64,000 nucleotides of DNA from Balanoglossus misakiensis. Its lineage: Eukaryota > Animalia > Hemichordata. A model generated the notes under the pieces. That model worked only from the letters and a program-made list of their open reading frames with translations. It was not told the DNA's origin and made no database searches. The DNA lies in assembly GCA_040954595.2 (NCBI GenBank), contig CM082595.2:7670317-7734316 (forward strand). The letters run 5' to 3'. Numbering within the stretch: position 1 is the first letter of the stretch; each line of letters begins with the position of its first letter. The position numbers were made by a program, and so were the translations under genes. Positions 12,594 to 27,100 of this stretch are shown here, one piece after another.

Positions 12594-14534
12594 AACTCAA
12601 ATATAGCTGTGAACAGCAATAAGCGGGTTTCGAGACACTGCGAGCCCTATTGGTTCGCCTGGAGATAGATATGTGCATATTTAATTAGTCAGGGTGGAGG
12701 ATGTGGGAAAGTTGGCCAAACGTCATGTGAGGTCACCCTAAATATGAGCAGAAAATTTTGACACTATATTGGTCCATGTCCAATAAAAACCACACATCTA
12801 GCCCTATTGGTTCGTGTGTACTTAGTTATGCACATAGTTAGGCAGGTGTCACAGGTGGTCCTAAATTTTGGCTACTTATTTTGGTACCATCCTCCCAAAC
12901 ACCTAAGCTGTACCTGCTGTGGATGCCGAGATATGCGGAAGTAGGTCAAAGGTCACCCAAGGTCACCCGAAATTTTGGGGGAAAATTTGACCCCATACTG
13001 GTCCATGTCCAACAAACACCAGACCTGTAGTCCTGTTAGTTCGCCTGGAATTAGGTATGCACATAATTAATGAGTAAGGCAGGTGTCACAGGTGACCCTA
13101 AATTTTGGCTTCTTATTTTGGTTCCATCCACCCAAACACCTAAGCTGTACCTGCTCTAGATGCTGAGATATGTGGAAGTAGGTCAAAGGTCACCCAAGGT
13201 CACCCCAAAATTTGGGCAAAACAATTTGATCCCCTAGTGGTACATATCCAACAAACACAAGACCTGTAGCCCTGTTAGTTTGGCTGGAATTAGGTTTGCA
13301 CATAATTAATGAGTTATGCAGGTGTCACAGGTGACCCTAAATTGTGGCTTCTTATTTTGGTACCATCCTCCCAAACACCTAAGCTGTACCTGCTGTGGAT
13401 GCCGAGATATGAGGAAGTAGGTCAAAGGTCACCCGAGGTCACCCCAAATTTGGGGGGAAAATTTGACCCCATAGTGGTACATATCCAACAAACACCAGAC
13501 CTGAAGCCCCCTTGGTTCGCCTGGATTGAGGTATGCACATAATTAATGAGTTAGGCAGGTGTCACAGGTGACCCTTGAATTTGGCTTCTTAATTTGGTAC
13601 CATCCACCCAAACACCTAAGCTGTACCTGCTCTGGATGCCGAGATATGCGGAAGAAGGTCAAAGGTCACTCAAGGTCACCCCAAATTTTGGGGGATAATT
13701 TGACCCCATACTGGTCCATGTCTAACAAAAATCAGACCTGTAGCCCTATTGGTTTGCCTCGAATTAGGTATGCACATAATTAATGAGTTAGGCAGGTGTC
13801 ACAGGTGACCCTTGAATTAATTTGGCTTCTTTTTGTGGTCCTATGCTGCACACTGGCCGATAGGACTATTGCACCAACCAGAATTCTACAAAACGACTTG
13901 GCCATAGCTTAACTATAGTGGAATACGTATAGGTATAGATTTCATAAAAAAATTAATATAAAAAAATCGGTCGATTTTTCATATTATTTTTTCCAGTTGG
14001 AACTGATTGTTGGAAGGTAGGCTAGCTGCACAATAAATTTGAAGCTGATCAGCCCAGCGGATGTTGAGATATTGGGCATAAATCTAAGATCCTAGGTGGC
14101 CATAGCTTAACTATGGAAAGTATAGGCCTAAGGCTGGGTCCAATGGTCTTGAAAAATATGAAAAATAATGCTTTAAAAATCATCTCCTCAAAATCGGCAA
14201 AGACTTGAACATTGAAATTTTGCATATAGGACCCTGGCCATATGGTCCACAAAGTTTGTTCAAAGAATTTTGATTCGTCATTTTTTATGCAAATGAGATC
14301 AATTTTAAACTTTCAATCCAAGATGGCTGCCAGGTCATGTGACCTGTTGCCATAGTTACATGATCAGAAAATTACTTGCTTTGAGTTTTACCTATGAGCC
14401 AAATTTCAAGTCATTGGGTGCAACGGTCTTCGAATAGCGGCTGTTTTTAAGAGTGGGAAGAAGAATAATAATAATAATAAAAAACAACACGATTTCAAGA
14501 GGGTTTCGAGACCAGAGGGTCTCGAAACCCTAAT
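12594..14534 (-). mobile_element. Helentron-associated non-autonomous element (HINE/DINE-1-like) with an internal ~238-bp tandem array
   Basis: Right end has the palindrome AGGGTTTCGAGACC-agag-GGTCTCGAAACCCT (14500-14531) beside an (AAT)n tract. Left end has a matching subterminal repeat GGGTTTCGAGAC (12625-12636) and a small hairpin GCTGTGAACAGC. Tandem repeats lie in between. This is the established HINE architecture. Confidence 0.75.
12640..13830. repeat. ~238-bp tandem repeat, about 5 copies
   Basis: GCAGGTGTCACAGGTG recurs near 12842, 13079, 13318, 13555 and 13792. Confidence 0.92.
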
Positions 14535-15245
14535 GACCCAACCTCTGCTCATGATTGGCCCAAGCCTTCCAAGGAGAAGTGTCCATCTTTTACCTATTGA
14601 GCTTGTAAAAGTACTGCTGTATATCAGCTAGGCATTTTTTGACTCAAAAGCAACACTCCACCAGAACGTTGAGAACGACTTATATGGTTGTAAGCTTTTC
14701 TCCAGACTTCAAATATACTGTGCTTGTTGTCTGGCAGTCAAGGGGCACCAACAAGCATATTGCATTGTTATCAAGAAGTTGCCTGAGTAGATGCTATCAC
14801 ATTCTTGTGTTAGTCCACCATTCAGTGTTTGACATGAGCACATTTTTGTTTTTGTGTGAAAGTTAACTGTCTCTAAGTTGTTAAGATTAGTCAATACAAG
14901 GTAAGTGTCATGTCATCTTTTGTTTATAGGAACGAAGAGGATAAGTCTATGGATTCAAAAGGTAGTGTAACAGATTTCCTTGGACAAGATGACTTTCCTT
15001 TTACAGACATTGTTTGATTTCATTGTCGTTTCAAGAACAAAACTCCCTTGGGACGCAATTGAACATTGATAAATTCCTACCTCAGTTATTGGGTGTATAT
15101 TCCAAATGTAATTTTCTGATCAAATTTTTGTATGTAATTGTGTCACACAGAGAGAAGGGGAGAAGGTTAAACTTATTAATTCCAATGTATACATTTTGGA
15201 ATGGCAACACTTCAAGTCTCCCAGCGAAAAAGAAAGTTTTCTAAC

Positions 15246-16053
15246 AACAATAGTCCTAAATTATCACTTTGATTATTGTCCTAAATTATAGCATGTCAAC
15301 ACTCCGTCAAGTTTGCCTGCAAAAAGACAATATTCTAAAACAATAGACCTAAATTATCACTTTGATTATAGTCCTAAATTATAGCATGTCAACACTCCGT
15401 CAAGTTTGCCTGCAAAAAGACAATATTCTAAAACAATAGACCTAAATTATCACTTTGATTATAGTCCTAAATTATAGCATGTCAACACTCCGTCATGTTT
15501 GCCTGCAAAAAGACAGTATTCTAAAACAATAGTCCTAAATTATCACTTTGATTATAGTCCTAAATTATAGCATGTCAACACTCCGTCATGTTTGCCTGCA
15601 AAAAGACAGTATTCTAAAACAATAGTCCTAAATTATCACTTTGGTTATAGTCCTAAATTATAGCATGTCAACACTCCGTCATGGTTGCCTGCAAAAAGAC
15701 AATATTCTAAAACAATAGTCCTAAATTATCACTTTGGTTATAGTCCTAAATTATAGCATGTCAACACTGCTTCAAGTTTGCCTGCAAAAAGACAGTATTC
15801 TAGAACAATACTAAATTATCACTTTGGTTATAGTCCTAAATTATAGCATGTCAACACTGCTTCAAGTTTGCCTGCAAAAAGACAGTATTCTAGAACAATA
15901 CTAAATTATCACTTTGGTTATAGTCCTAAATTATAGCATGTCAACACTCCGTCATGTTTGCCTGCAAAAAGACAATATTCTAAAACAATAGTCCTAAATT
16001 ATCACTTTGGTTATAGTCCTAAATTATAGCATGTCAACACTGCTTCAAGTTTG
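15246..16053. repeat. 93-bp minisatellite, about 8.7 copies
   Basis: Unit AACAATAGTCCTAAATTATCACTTTG.TTATAGTCCTAAATTATAGCATGTCAACACTCCGTCA.GTTTGCCTGCAAAAAGACA.TATTCTAA, with the internal TAGTCCTAAATTAT present twice. Confidence 0.95.
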
Positions 16054-16759
16054 ATAGTTCTAAATTATTACTGCCATTTGTTCAGCCTGCCCTGAAGGTT
16101 GTTGGATCCTATAGAAACAACAGTAAGCATTGCACGTAAATTAACACTAACTGCAATTGGATTCAGCAGCCTTCAGGTGTTTACCATTTAGCTTTCTTGC
16201 GCGTAAATCAACCCACTAAAATAGAACTTAAGTTTTACTAACTTAAGCTGAATGGTAAAAAAGGGGGAATATGGCATTATTCTTGTATTTGTACAAATCT
16301 TCAAAAGTATGAAGCAGTTGTGTTTAGAAGGCAAACACATGACAATGAAAAGCAAACCACTATTGCATATTGTTTGACTTGGCTCTCCAGCCTTTATAAA
16401 TAGACTTGAATTTCATTGTTACATTAATGTACTTGATTTAGACAAGTTTAACTTGGCTCTCCCTCTCTCATAAAGTGACTTTAATTTCATTATTACATAA
16501 TTGTACTTGATTTAGGTATACTTTAATAGTGCTGTATATTTTGAAGTATAGGTTTATAGTTGCCATGTTTTCGTGATGAAGTATCAAAGGCTATACAGAA
16601 TAGTCAGGGAGTTTAATGGATAGGACTCTGGGTTTCCATCTGTCAGTGTGACACATTGGTTTCTATAGCATTATGATACAAAGTTGGTTGTCATAGCTGT
16701 TTTTTTATAGGCATTTAGGGAATATTGTTATAACTGTGATAACTTATTAAGTTTTTCTT

Positions 16760-17135
16760 TCATTCATTCATTTATCCATCCATCCATCCATCCATGCGTC
16801 CGTCCGTCCATCCGTCCATCCGTCCATCCATCCATCCATCCATCCATCCATCCATTCATTCATTCATTCATTCACCATTGTTTGTTTGTTTCAATCATTC
16901 ATTCATTTATGTATTTATTTTTTATTTTGTGTTTGTGCATGTATGTATGGGCCAGCCTATGTACATGTATGTATGTATGTATGTATGTATGTATGTATGT
17001 ATGTATTGTATGTATTGTATGTATGTATGTATGTATGTATGTATGTATGTATGTCTCTATCTATCTATGTGTGTATGTATGTATGCATTTTTTGTTTATG
17101 TATCTATGCATGTATGTATGTATTTTTTTGTATGA
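16760..17135. repeat. Clustered tetranucleotide microsatellites (CATT/CATC/CGTC/TATG)
   Basis: Directly visible. Confidence 0.92.
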
Positions 17136-17174
17136 ATGATGTAATTTATTTTTATTCTGTACAGCAGCTTGGTG

Positions 17175-18150
17175 AGTGATGACAAGCGTTGTCACATTTT
17201 CAAATCTTTCCAGATATTTTTTATCTGGGATTTTTGTTAGGTGTTTTATGGTTGTATCTTTGAGTTCAGTAGTCATATGTGGGCATGTGATTGCCTGGTT
17301 GTATTTTTAAATTCTTTTTTGGAATATTTTTGAATTCTTTTTTGGTATTGCAAATATTTTTCCATGTCTAGGGGTTTCTCTGGGGTGATATTTTGTAGCT
17401 GATATCCATTGGTTTTTTTTTAATCCATGTTTGCATTTTCAAAAAATGTTGGTGTCTGGTAGTACTCTCCGGTTGTAATGACAAGTGTTGTCACATTCTG
17501 AAATCTTTTCAGTTTTTTTCGTGTATGGAATTTTTGTAAGGTGTTTTATGGTTGTATCTTGGAGGTCAGTAGTCGTTTTGGGGCATGTGATTGTCTGGTT
17601 GTATTATTAAATTCATTTTTGAATATTTTTGAATTCTTTTTTTTTTTTGTGGTTTTTCAAACATTTTTCCATGAAGGGTTTCTCTGGGGTTGTTTTTTGT
17701 ATTGGATTGCCATTGCTGTTTTTTTTTTCATGTTTGAATTTTCGAGAAATTTTGGTGTCTGATAGTACCCTCTGGTTGTAGTGACAATTGTCATATTTTT
17801 AAATCTTTCAGATTTTTTTTGTGTGTTATTGTGGGATTTTTGTTGGGTGTTTTATGGTTGTGTCTTGGAGGTCAGTAGTTGTTTTTGGGCATTGCCTGGT
17901 TGTATTTTTAAATTAAATTTTGGTTCTTGAACCATTTTACCATGTCTGGGGGAAATGCTCTTGGTTTGTATTTTGTATCCAGTGATTGCCATCGTTGTTT
18001 TTTGAATTCGTGTTTAAACTTTTAAATTTTTTTCATTGTCTGAGAGTTCTCTCTGGTTGTATTTTGGCATCCGTGAATGCCATGGTCTTATTTTTTAATT
18101 CATATTTGAATTTTCAAAAATAAATTTGGGCCTGTAGGATTTTTGTGGTT
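17175..18150. repeat. Diverged ~300-bp tandem repeat, about 3 copies
   Basis: GT.(A/G)TGACAA..GTTGTCACATT near 17176, 17475 and 17778. GGTGTTTTATGGTTGTATCTT recurs at the same spacing. Confidence 0.75.
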
Positions 18151-18159
18151 GTATTCAGT

Positions 18160-21100
18160 GAAGTATATCTTTTCAAGTCCAGCATAGTTTTCTTTGATTA
18201 GGCACTTTTAATTCCCCAATATATATTTCAAAAAAAGAAAAAAATTAAGTGTATCTTTTCAAGTACAGTATAGTTTTCTTTGATTAGGCACTTTTAATTC
18301 CCCAATTTGGGGGTATTCAATTTAGTATATTTCAAAAAAAAAAAAAAAATTAAGTATATCTTTTCAAGTCCAGTATAGTTTTCTTTGATTAGGCACTTTT
18401 ATTTCCCCAATTTAGGGGGTATTCAATTAAGTATATTTCAAAAAAAAAATTAAGTATAACTTTTCAAGTCGAGTATATTTTTCTTTGATTAGGCATTTTT
18501 AATTCCCCAATTTAGGGGGTATTCAATTAAGTATATTTAAAAAAAAATCAGTATAACTTTTCAAGTCCAGTATATTTTTCTTTGATTAGGCACTTTTAAT
18601 TCCCCAATTTAGGGGGTATTCAATTAAGTATATTTCAAAAAAAAAATCAGTATAACTTTTCAAGTCCAGTATATTTTTCTTTGATTAGGCATTTTTAATT
18701 CCCCAATTTAGGGGGTATGCAATTAAGTATATTTAAAAAAAAAATTAAGTATAATTTTTCAAGCCCAGTATAGTTTTCTTAGATTAGGCACTTTTATTTC
18801 CCCAATTTGGGGGGTATTCAATTAAGTATATTTCCAAAAAAAATTAAGTATAATTTTTCAAGCCCAGCATAGTTTTCTTAGATTAGGCATTTTTATTTCC
18901 CCAATTTGGGGGGTATTCAATTAAGTATATTTCAAAAAAAAAAAAAAATTAAGTATAACTTTTCAAGTCCAGCATAGTTTTCTTAGATTAGGCACTTTTA
19001 TTTCCCCAATTTGGGGGGTATTCAATTAAGTGTATTTCAAAAAAACATTAAGTATAATTTTTCAAGCCCAGTATAGTTTTCTTAGATTAGGCACTTTTAT
19101 TTCCCCAATTTGGGGGGTATTCAATTAAGTATATTTAAAAAAAAAAAAAAAATTAAGTATAACTTTTCAAGTCCAGCATAGTTTTCTTAGATTAGGCACT
19201 TTTAATTCCCCAATTTGGGGGGTATTCAATTAAGTATATTTCAAAAAAAAAAAAAAATTAAGTATAACTTTTCAAGTCCAGCATAGATTTCTTAGATTAG
19301 GCACATTTATTTCCCCAATTTTGGGGGTATTCAATTAAGTATATTTCAAAAAAAAATTAAGTATAATTTTTCAAGCCCAGTATAGTTTTCTTAGATTAGG
19401 CACTTTTATTTCCCCAATTTGGGGGGTATTCAATTAAGTATATTTCAAAAAAAAAAAAAAAAAAATTAAGTATAACTTTTCAAGTCCAGCATAGTTTTCT
19501 TAGATTAGGCACTTTTATTTCCCCAATTTGGGGGGTATTCAATTAAGTATATTTCAAAAAAACATTAAGTATAATTTTTCAAGCCCAGTATAGTTTACTT
19601 AGATTAGGCACTTTTAATTGCCCAATTTGGGGGGTATTCAATTAAGTATATTTCAAAAAAAAAATTAAGTATAATTTTTCAAGCCCAGTATAGTTTTCTT
19701 AGATTAGGCACTTTTATTTCCCCAATTTGGGGGTATTCAATTAAGTATATTTCAAAAAAAAATTAAGTATAATTTTTCAAGTCCAGTATAGTTTTCTTAG
19801 ATTAGGCACTTTTATTTCCCCAATTTGGGGGGTATTCAATTAAGTATATTTCAAAAAAAAATTAAGTATAATTTTTCAAGCCCAGTATAGTTTTCTTAGA
19901 TTAGGCACTTTTATTTCCCCAATTTGGGGGGTATTCAATTAAGTATATTTCAAAAAAAAAATTAAGTATAATTTTTCAAGCCCAGTATAGTTTTCTTAGA
20001 TTAGGCACTTTTATTTCCCCAATTTGGGGGTATTCAATTAAGTATTTTTCAAAAAAAAATTAAGTATAATTTTTCAAGTCCAGTATAGTTTTCTTAGATT
20101 AGGCACTTTTATTTCCCCAATTTGGGGGGTATTCAATTAAGTATATTTCAAAAAAAAATTAAGTATAATTTTTCAAGCCCAGTATAGTTTTCTTAGATTA
20201 GGCACTTTTATTTCCCCAATTTGGGGGGTATTCAATTAAGTATATTTAAAAAAAAAAATTAGGTGTAATTTTTCAAGCCTAGTATAGTTTTCTTAGATTA
20301 GGCACTTTTATTTCCCCAATTTGGGGGGTATTCAATTAAGTATATTTCAAAAAAACATTAAGTATAATTTTTCAAGCCCAGTATAGTTTTCTTAGATTAG
20401 GCACTTTTATTTCCCCAATTTTGGGGGTATTCATTTAAGTATATTTCAAAAAAAAATTAAGTATAATTTTTCAAGCCCAGTATAGTTTTCTTAGATTAGG
20501 CACTTTTATTTCCCCAATTTGGGGGGTATTCAATTAAGTATATTTCAAAAAAAAAAAAAAAATTAGGTGTAATTTTTCAAGCCTAGTATAGTTTTCTTAG
20601 ATTAGGCACTTTTATTTCCCCAATTTGGGGGGTATTCAATTAAGTATATTTCAAAAAAACATTAAGTATAATTTTTCAAGCCCAGTATAGTTTTCTTAGA
20701 TTAGGCACTTTTATTTCCCCAATTTGGGGGGTATTCATTTAAGTATATTTCAAAAAAAATTAAGTATAATTTTTCAAGCCCAGTATAGTTTTCTTAGATT
20801 AGGCACTTTTATTTCCCCAATTTGGGGGGTATTCAATTAAGTATATTTCAAAAAAAAAAAAAAATTAAGTATAACTTTTCAAGTCCAGCATAGTTTTCTT
20901 AGATTAGGCACTTTTATTTCCCCAATTTGGGGGGTATTCAATTAAGTATATTTCAAAAAAAAATTAAGTATAATTTTTCAAGCCCAGTATAGTTTTCTTA
21001 GATTAGGCACTTTTATTTCCCCAATTTGGGGGGTATTCAATTAAGTATATTTCAAAAAAAAAAAAATTAAGTATAACTTTTCAAGTCCAGTATAGTTTTC

Positions 21101-24100
21101 TTAGATTAGGCACTTTTATTTCCCCAATTTGGGGGGTATTCAATTAAGTATATTTCAAAAAAACATTAAGTATAATTTTTCAAGCCCAGTATAGTTTTCT
21201 TAGATTAGGCACTTTTATTTCCCCAATTTAGGGGGTATTCAATTAAGTATATTTCAAAAAAAAAATTAAGTATAATTTTTCAAGCCCAGTATAGTTTTCT
21301 TAGATTAGGCACTTTTATTTCCCCAATTTGGGGGGTATTCAATTAAGTATATTTAAAAAAAAAATTAGGTGTAATTTTTCAAGCCTAGTATAGTTTTCTT
21401 AGATTAGGCACTTTTATTTCCCCAATTTGGGGGGTATTCAATTAAGTATATTTCAAAAAAACATTAAGTATAATTTTTCAAGCCCAGTATAGTTTTCTTA
21501 GATTAGGCACTTTTATTTCCCCAATTTGGGGGGTATTCATTTAAGTATATTTCAAAAAAAAATTAAGTATAATTTTTCAAGCCCAGTATAGTTTTCTTAG
21601 ATTAGGCACTTTTATTTCCCCAATTTGGGGGGTATTCATTTAAGTATATTTAAAAAAAAAATTAAGTATAATTTTTCAAGCCCAGTATAGTTTTCTTAGA
21701 TTAGGCACTTTTATTTCCCCAATTTGGGGGGTATTCAATTAAGTATATTTCAAAAAAAAAAAAATTAAGTATAACTTTTCAAGTCCAGCATAGTTTGCTT
21801 ATATTAGGCACTTTTATTTCCCCAATTTGGGGGGTATTCAATTAAGTATATTTCAAAAAAAAATTAAGTATAATTTTTCAAGTGCAGTATAGTTTTCTTA
21901 GATTAGGCACTTTTATTTCCCCAATTTGGGGGTATTCAATTAAGTATATTTAAAAATAAAATAAAAAATTAAGTATAACTTTTCAAGTCCAGCATAGTTT
22001 TCTTAGATTAGGCACTTTTATTTCCCCAATTTGGGGGGTATTCAATTAGGTATATATTTCAAAAAAAAATTAAGTATAATTTTTTAAGTCCAGTATAGTT
22101 TTCTTCGATTAGGCACTTTTATTTCCCCAATTTGGGGGGTATTCAATTAAGTATATTTCAAAAAACAATTAAGTATGATTTTTCAAGTCCAGTATAATTT
22201 TCTTAGATTAGGCACTTTTTTTTCCCCAATTTGGGGGTATTCAATTAAGTATATTTCAAAAAAAAAAAAAAATTAAGTATAACTTTTCAAGTCCAGCATA
22301 GTTTTCTTAGATTAGGCACTTTTATTTCCCCAATTTGGGGGGGAATCAATTAAGTATATTTCAAAAAAAAAATAAGTATAATTTTTCAAGCCCAGTATAG
22401 TTTTCTTAGATTAGGCACTTTTATTTCCCCAATTTGGGGGTATTCAATTTAGTATATTTCAAAAAAAAAAATTAAGTATAATTTTTCAAGCCCAGTATAG
22501 TTTCCTTAGATTAGGTACTTTTATTTCCCCAATTTGGGGGGTATTCAATTAAGTATATTTCAAAAAAAAATTAAGTATAATTTTTCAAGCCCAGTATAGT
22601 TTTCTTAGATTAGGCACTTTTATTTCCCCAATTTGGGGGGTATTCAATTAAGTATATTTCAAAAAAAATTAGGTGTAATTTTTCAAGCCTAGAATAGTTT
22701 TCTTAGATTAGGCACTTTTATTTCCCCAATTTGGGGGGTATTCAATTAAGTATATTTCAAAAAAACATTAAGTATAATTTTTCAAGCCCAGTATAGTTTT
22801 CTTAGATTAGGCACTTTTATTTCCCCAATTTGGGGGGTATTCAATTAAGTATATTTCAAAAAAAAATTAAGTATAATTTTTCAAGCCCAGTATAGTTTTC
22901 TTAGATTAGGCACTTTTATTTCCCCAATTTGGGGGGTATTCATTTAAGTATATTTCAAAAAAAATTAAGTATAATTTTTCAAGACCAGTATAGTTTTCTT
23001 AGATTAGGCACTTTTATTTCCCCAATTTGGGGGGTATTCAATTAAGTATATTTCAAAAAAAAAAAAAAATTAAGTATAACTTTTCAAGTCCAGCATAGTT
23101 TTCTTAGATTAGGCACTTTTATTTCCCCAATTTGGGGGGTATTCAATTAAGTATATTTCAAAAAAAAATTAAGTATAATTTTTCAAGCCCAGTATAGTTT
23201 TCTTAGATTAGGCACTTTTATTTCCCCAATTTGGGGGGTATTCAATTAAGTATATTTCAAAAAAAAAAAAATTAAGTATAACTTTTCAAGTCCAGTATAG
23301 TTTTCTTAGATTAGGCACTTTTATTTCCCCAATTTGGGGGGTATTCAATTAAGTATATTTAAAAAAAACATTAAGTATAATTTTTCAAGCCCAGTATAGT
23401 TTTCTTAGATTAGGCACTTTTATTTCCCCAATTTAGGGGGTATTCAATTAAGTATATTTCAAAAAAAAAATTAAGTATAATTTTTCAAGCCCAGTATAGT
23501 TTTCTTAGATTAGGCACTTTTATTTCCCCAATTTGGGGGGTATTCAATTAAGTATATTTCAAAAAAAACATTAAGTATAATTTTTCAAGCCCAGTATAGT
23601 TTTCTTAGATTAGGCACTTTTATTTCCCCAATTTGGGGGGTATTCATTTAAGTATATTTCAAAAAAAAATTAAGTATAATTTTTCAAGCCCAGTATAGTT
23701 TTCTTAGATTAGGCACTTTTATTTCCCCAATTTGGGGGGTATTCAATTAAGTATATTTCAAAAAAAAAAAATTAAGTATAACTTTTCAAGTCCAGCATAG
23801 TTTTCTTAGATTAGGCACTTTTACTTCCCCAATTTGGGGGGTATTCAATTAGGTATATATTTCAAAAAAAAATTAAGTATAATTTTTTAAGTCCAGTATA
23901 GTTTTCTTCGATTAGGCACTTTTATTTCCCCAATTTGGGGGGTATTCAATTAAGTATATTTAAAAAAAAAATTAAGTATAATTTTTCAAGTCCAGTATTA
24001 TTTTCTTAGATTAGGCACTTTTATTTCCCCAATTTGGGGGTATTCAATTAAGTATATTTCAAAAAAAAAAAAAAAAATTAAGTATAACTTTTCAAGTCCA

Positions 24101-27100
24101 GCATCATTTTCTTAGATTAGGCACTTTTATTTCCCCAATTTGGGGGGTATTCAATTAAGTATATTTCAAAAAAAAAATAAGTATAATTTTTCAAGCCCAG
24201 TATAGTTTTCTTAGATTAGGCACTTTTATTTCCCCAATTTGGGGGTATTCAATTAAGTATATTTCACAAAAAAATTAAGTATAACTTTTCAAGTCCAGCA
24301 TAGTTTTCTTAGATTAGGCACTTTTATTTCCCCAATTTGGGGGGTATTCAATTAGGTATATTTCAAAAAAAAATTAAGTATAATTTTTCAAGTCCAGTAT
24401 AGTTTTCTTCGATTAGGCACTTTTATTTCCCCAATTTGGGGGGTATTCAATTAAGTATATTTCAAAAAAAAATTAAGTATAATTTTTCAAGCCCAGTATA
24501 GTTTTCTTAGATTAGGCACTTTTATTTCCCCAATTTGGGGGTATTCAATTAAGTATATTTCACAAAAAAATTAAGTATAACTTTTCAAGTCCAGCATAGT
24601 TTTCTTAGATTAGGCACTTTTATTTCCCCAATTTGGGGGGTATTCAATTAGGTATATTTCAAAAAAAAATTAAGTATAATTTTTCAAGTCCAGTATAGTT
24701 TTCTTCGATTAGGCACTTTTATTTCCCCAATTTGGGGGGTATTCAATTAAGTATATTTCAAAAAAAATTAAGTATAATTTTTCAAGCCTAGAATAGTTTT
24801 CTTAGATTAGGCACTTTTATTTCCCCAATTTGGGGGGTATTCAATTAAGTATATTTCAAAAAAAAATTAAGTATAATTTTTCAAGCCCAGTATAGTTTCC
24901 TTAGATTAGGTACTTTTATTTCCCCAATTTGGGGGGTATTCAATTAAGTATATTTCAAAAAAAATTAGGTGTAATTTTTCAAGCCTAGAATAGTTTTCTT
25001 AGATTAGGCACTTTTATTTCCCCAATTTGGGGGGTATTCAATTAAGTATATTTCAAAAAAAATTAAGTATAATTTTTCAAGCCCAGTATAGTTTTCTTAG
25101 ATTAGGCACTTTTATTTCCCCAATTTGGGGGGTATTCAATTAAGTATATTTCAAAAAAAATTAGGTGTAATTTTTCAAGCCTAGAATAGTTTTCTTAGAT
25201 TAGGCACTTTTATTTCCCCAATTTGGGGGGTATTCAATTAAGTATATTTCAAAAAAAATTAAGTATAATTTTTCAAGCCCAGTATAGTTTCCTTAGATTA
25301 GGTACTTTTATTTCCCCAATTTGGGGGGTATTCAATTAAGTATATTTCAAAAAAAAATTAAGTATAATTTTTCAAGCCCAGTATAGTTTTCTTAGATTAG
25401 GCACTTTTATTTCCCCAATTTGGGGGGTATTCAATTAAGTATATTTCAAAAAAAATTAGGTGTAATTTTTCAAGCCTAGAATAGTTTTCTTAGATTAGGC
25501 ACTTTTATTTCCCCAATTTGGGGGGTATTCAATTAAGTATATTTCAAAAAAACATTAAGTATAATTTTTCAAGCCCAGTATAGTTTTCTTAGATTAGGCA
25601 CTTATATTTCCCCAATTTGGGGGGTATTCAATTAAGTATATTTCAAAAAAAAATTAAGTATAATTTTTCAAGCCCAGTATTGTTTTCTTAGATTAGGCAC
25701 TTTTATTTCCCCAATTTGGGAGGTATTCAATTAAGTATATTTCAAAAAAAAAAAAATTAAGTATAACTTTTCAAGTCCAGCATAGTTTGCTTAGATTAGG
25801 CACTTTTATTTCCCCAATTTGGGGGGTATTCAATTAAGTATATTTAAAAAAAAAATTAAGTATAATTTTTCAAGCCCAGTATAGTTTTCCTAGATTAGGC
25901 ACTTTTATTTCCCCAATATGGGGAGTATTCAATTAAGTATATTTCAAAAAAAAATTAAGTATAATTTTTCAAGTCCAGCATAGTTTGCTTAGATTAGGCA
26001 CTTTTATTTCCCCAATTTGGGGGGTATTCAATTAAGTATATTTCAAAAAAAAAAAAAAATTAAGTATAACTTTTCAAGTCCAGCATAGTTTTCTTAGATT
26101 AGGCACTTTTATTTCCCCAATTTGGGGGGTATTCAATTAGGTATATTTAAAAAAAAAAATAAGTATAATTTTTCAAGTCCAGTATAGTTTTCTTCGATTA
26201 GGCAATTTTATTTCCCCAATTTGGGGGGTATTCAATTAAGTATATTTCAAAAAAAAAAAAAAAATTAAGTATAATTTTTCAAGTCCAGTATAATTTTCTT
26301 AGATTAGGCACTTTTATTTCCCCAATTTGGGGAGTATTCAATTAAGTATATTTCAAAAAAAAAAAAAAAATTAAGTATAACTTTTCAAGTCCAGCATCGT
26401 TTTCTTAGATTAGGCACTTTTATTTCCCCAATTTGGGGGGTATTCAATTAAGTATATTTAAAAAAAAAATTAAGTATAATTTTTCAAGTCCAGTATAGTT
26501 TTCTTAGATTAGGCACTTTTATTTCCCCACTTTGGGGGTATTAAATTAAGTATATTTAAAAAAAAATAAAAAATTAAGTATAACTTTTCAAGTCCAGCAT
26601 AGTTTTCTTAGATTAGGCACTTTTATTTCCCCAATTTGGGGGTATTCAATTAAGTATATTTCAAAAAAAAAAAAAAAATTAAGTATAACTTTTCAAGTCC
26701 AGCATAGTTTTCTTAGATTAGGCACTTTTATTTCCCCAATTTGGGGGGGAATCAATTAAGTATATTTCAAAAAAAAAATAAGTATAATTTTTCAAGCCCA
26801 GTATAGTTTTCTTAGATTAGGCACTTTTATTTCCCCAATTTGGGGGTATTCAATTAAGTATATTTCAAAAAAAAATTAAGTATAATTTTTCAAGCCCAGT
26901 ATAGTTTTCTTAGATTAGGCACTTTTATTTCCCCAATTTGGGGGGTATTCAATTAAGTATATTTCAAAAAAACATTAAGTATAATTTTTCAAGCCCAGTA
27001 TAGTTTTCTTAGATTAGGCACTTATATTTCCCCAATTTGGGGGGTATTCAATTAAGTATATTTCAAAAAAACATTAAGTATAATTTTTCAAGCCCAGTAT

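Noticed and set aside
14890-17180. Scattered splice-like sites suggesting a multi-exon transcript (e.g. 14901 donor, 14929 acceptor, 16085-16122)
   Set aside because: No coherent reading frame or homology; cannot be supported without RNA data.
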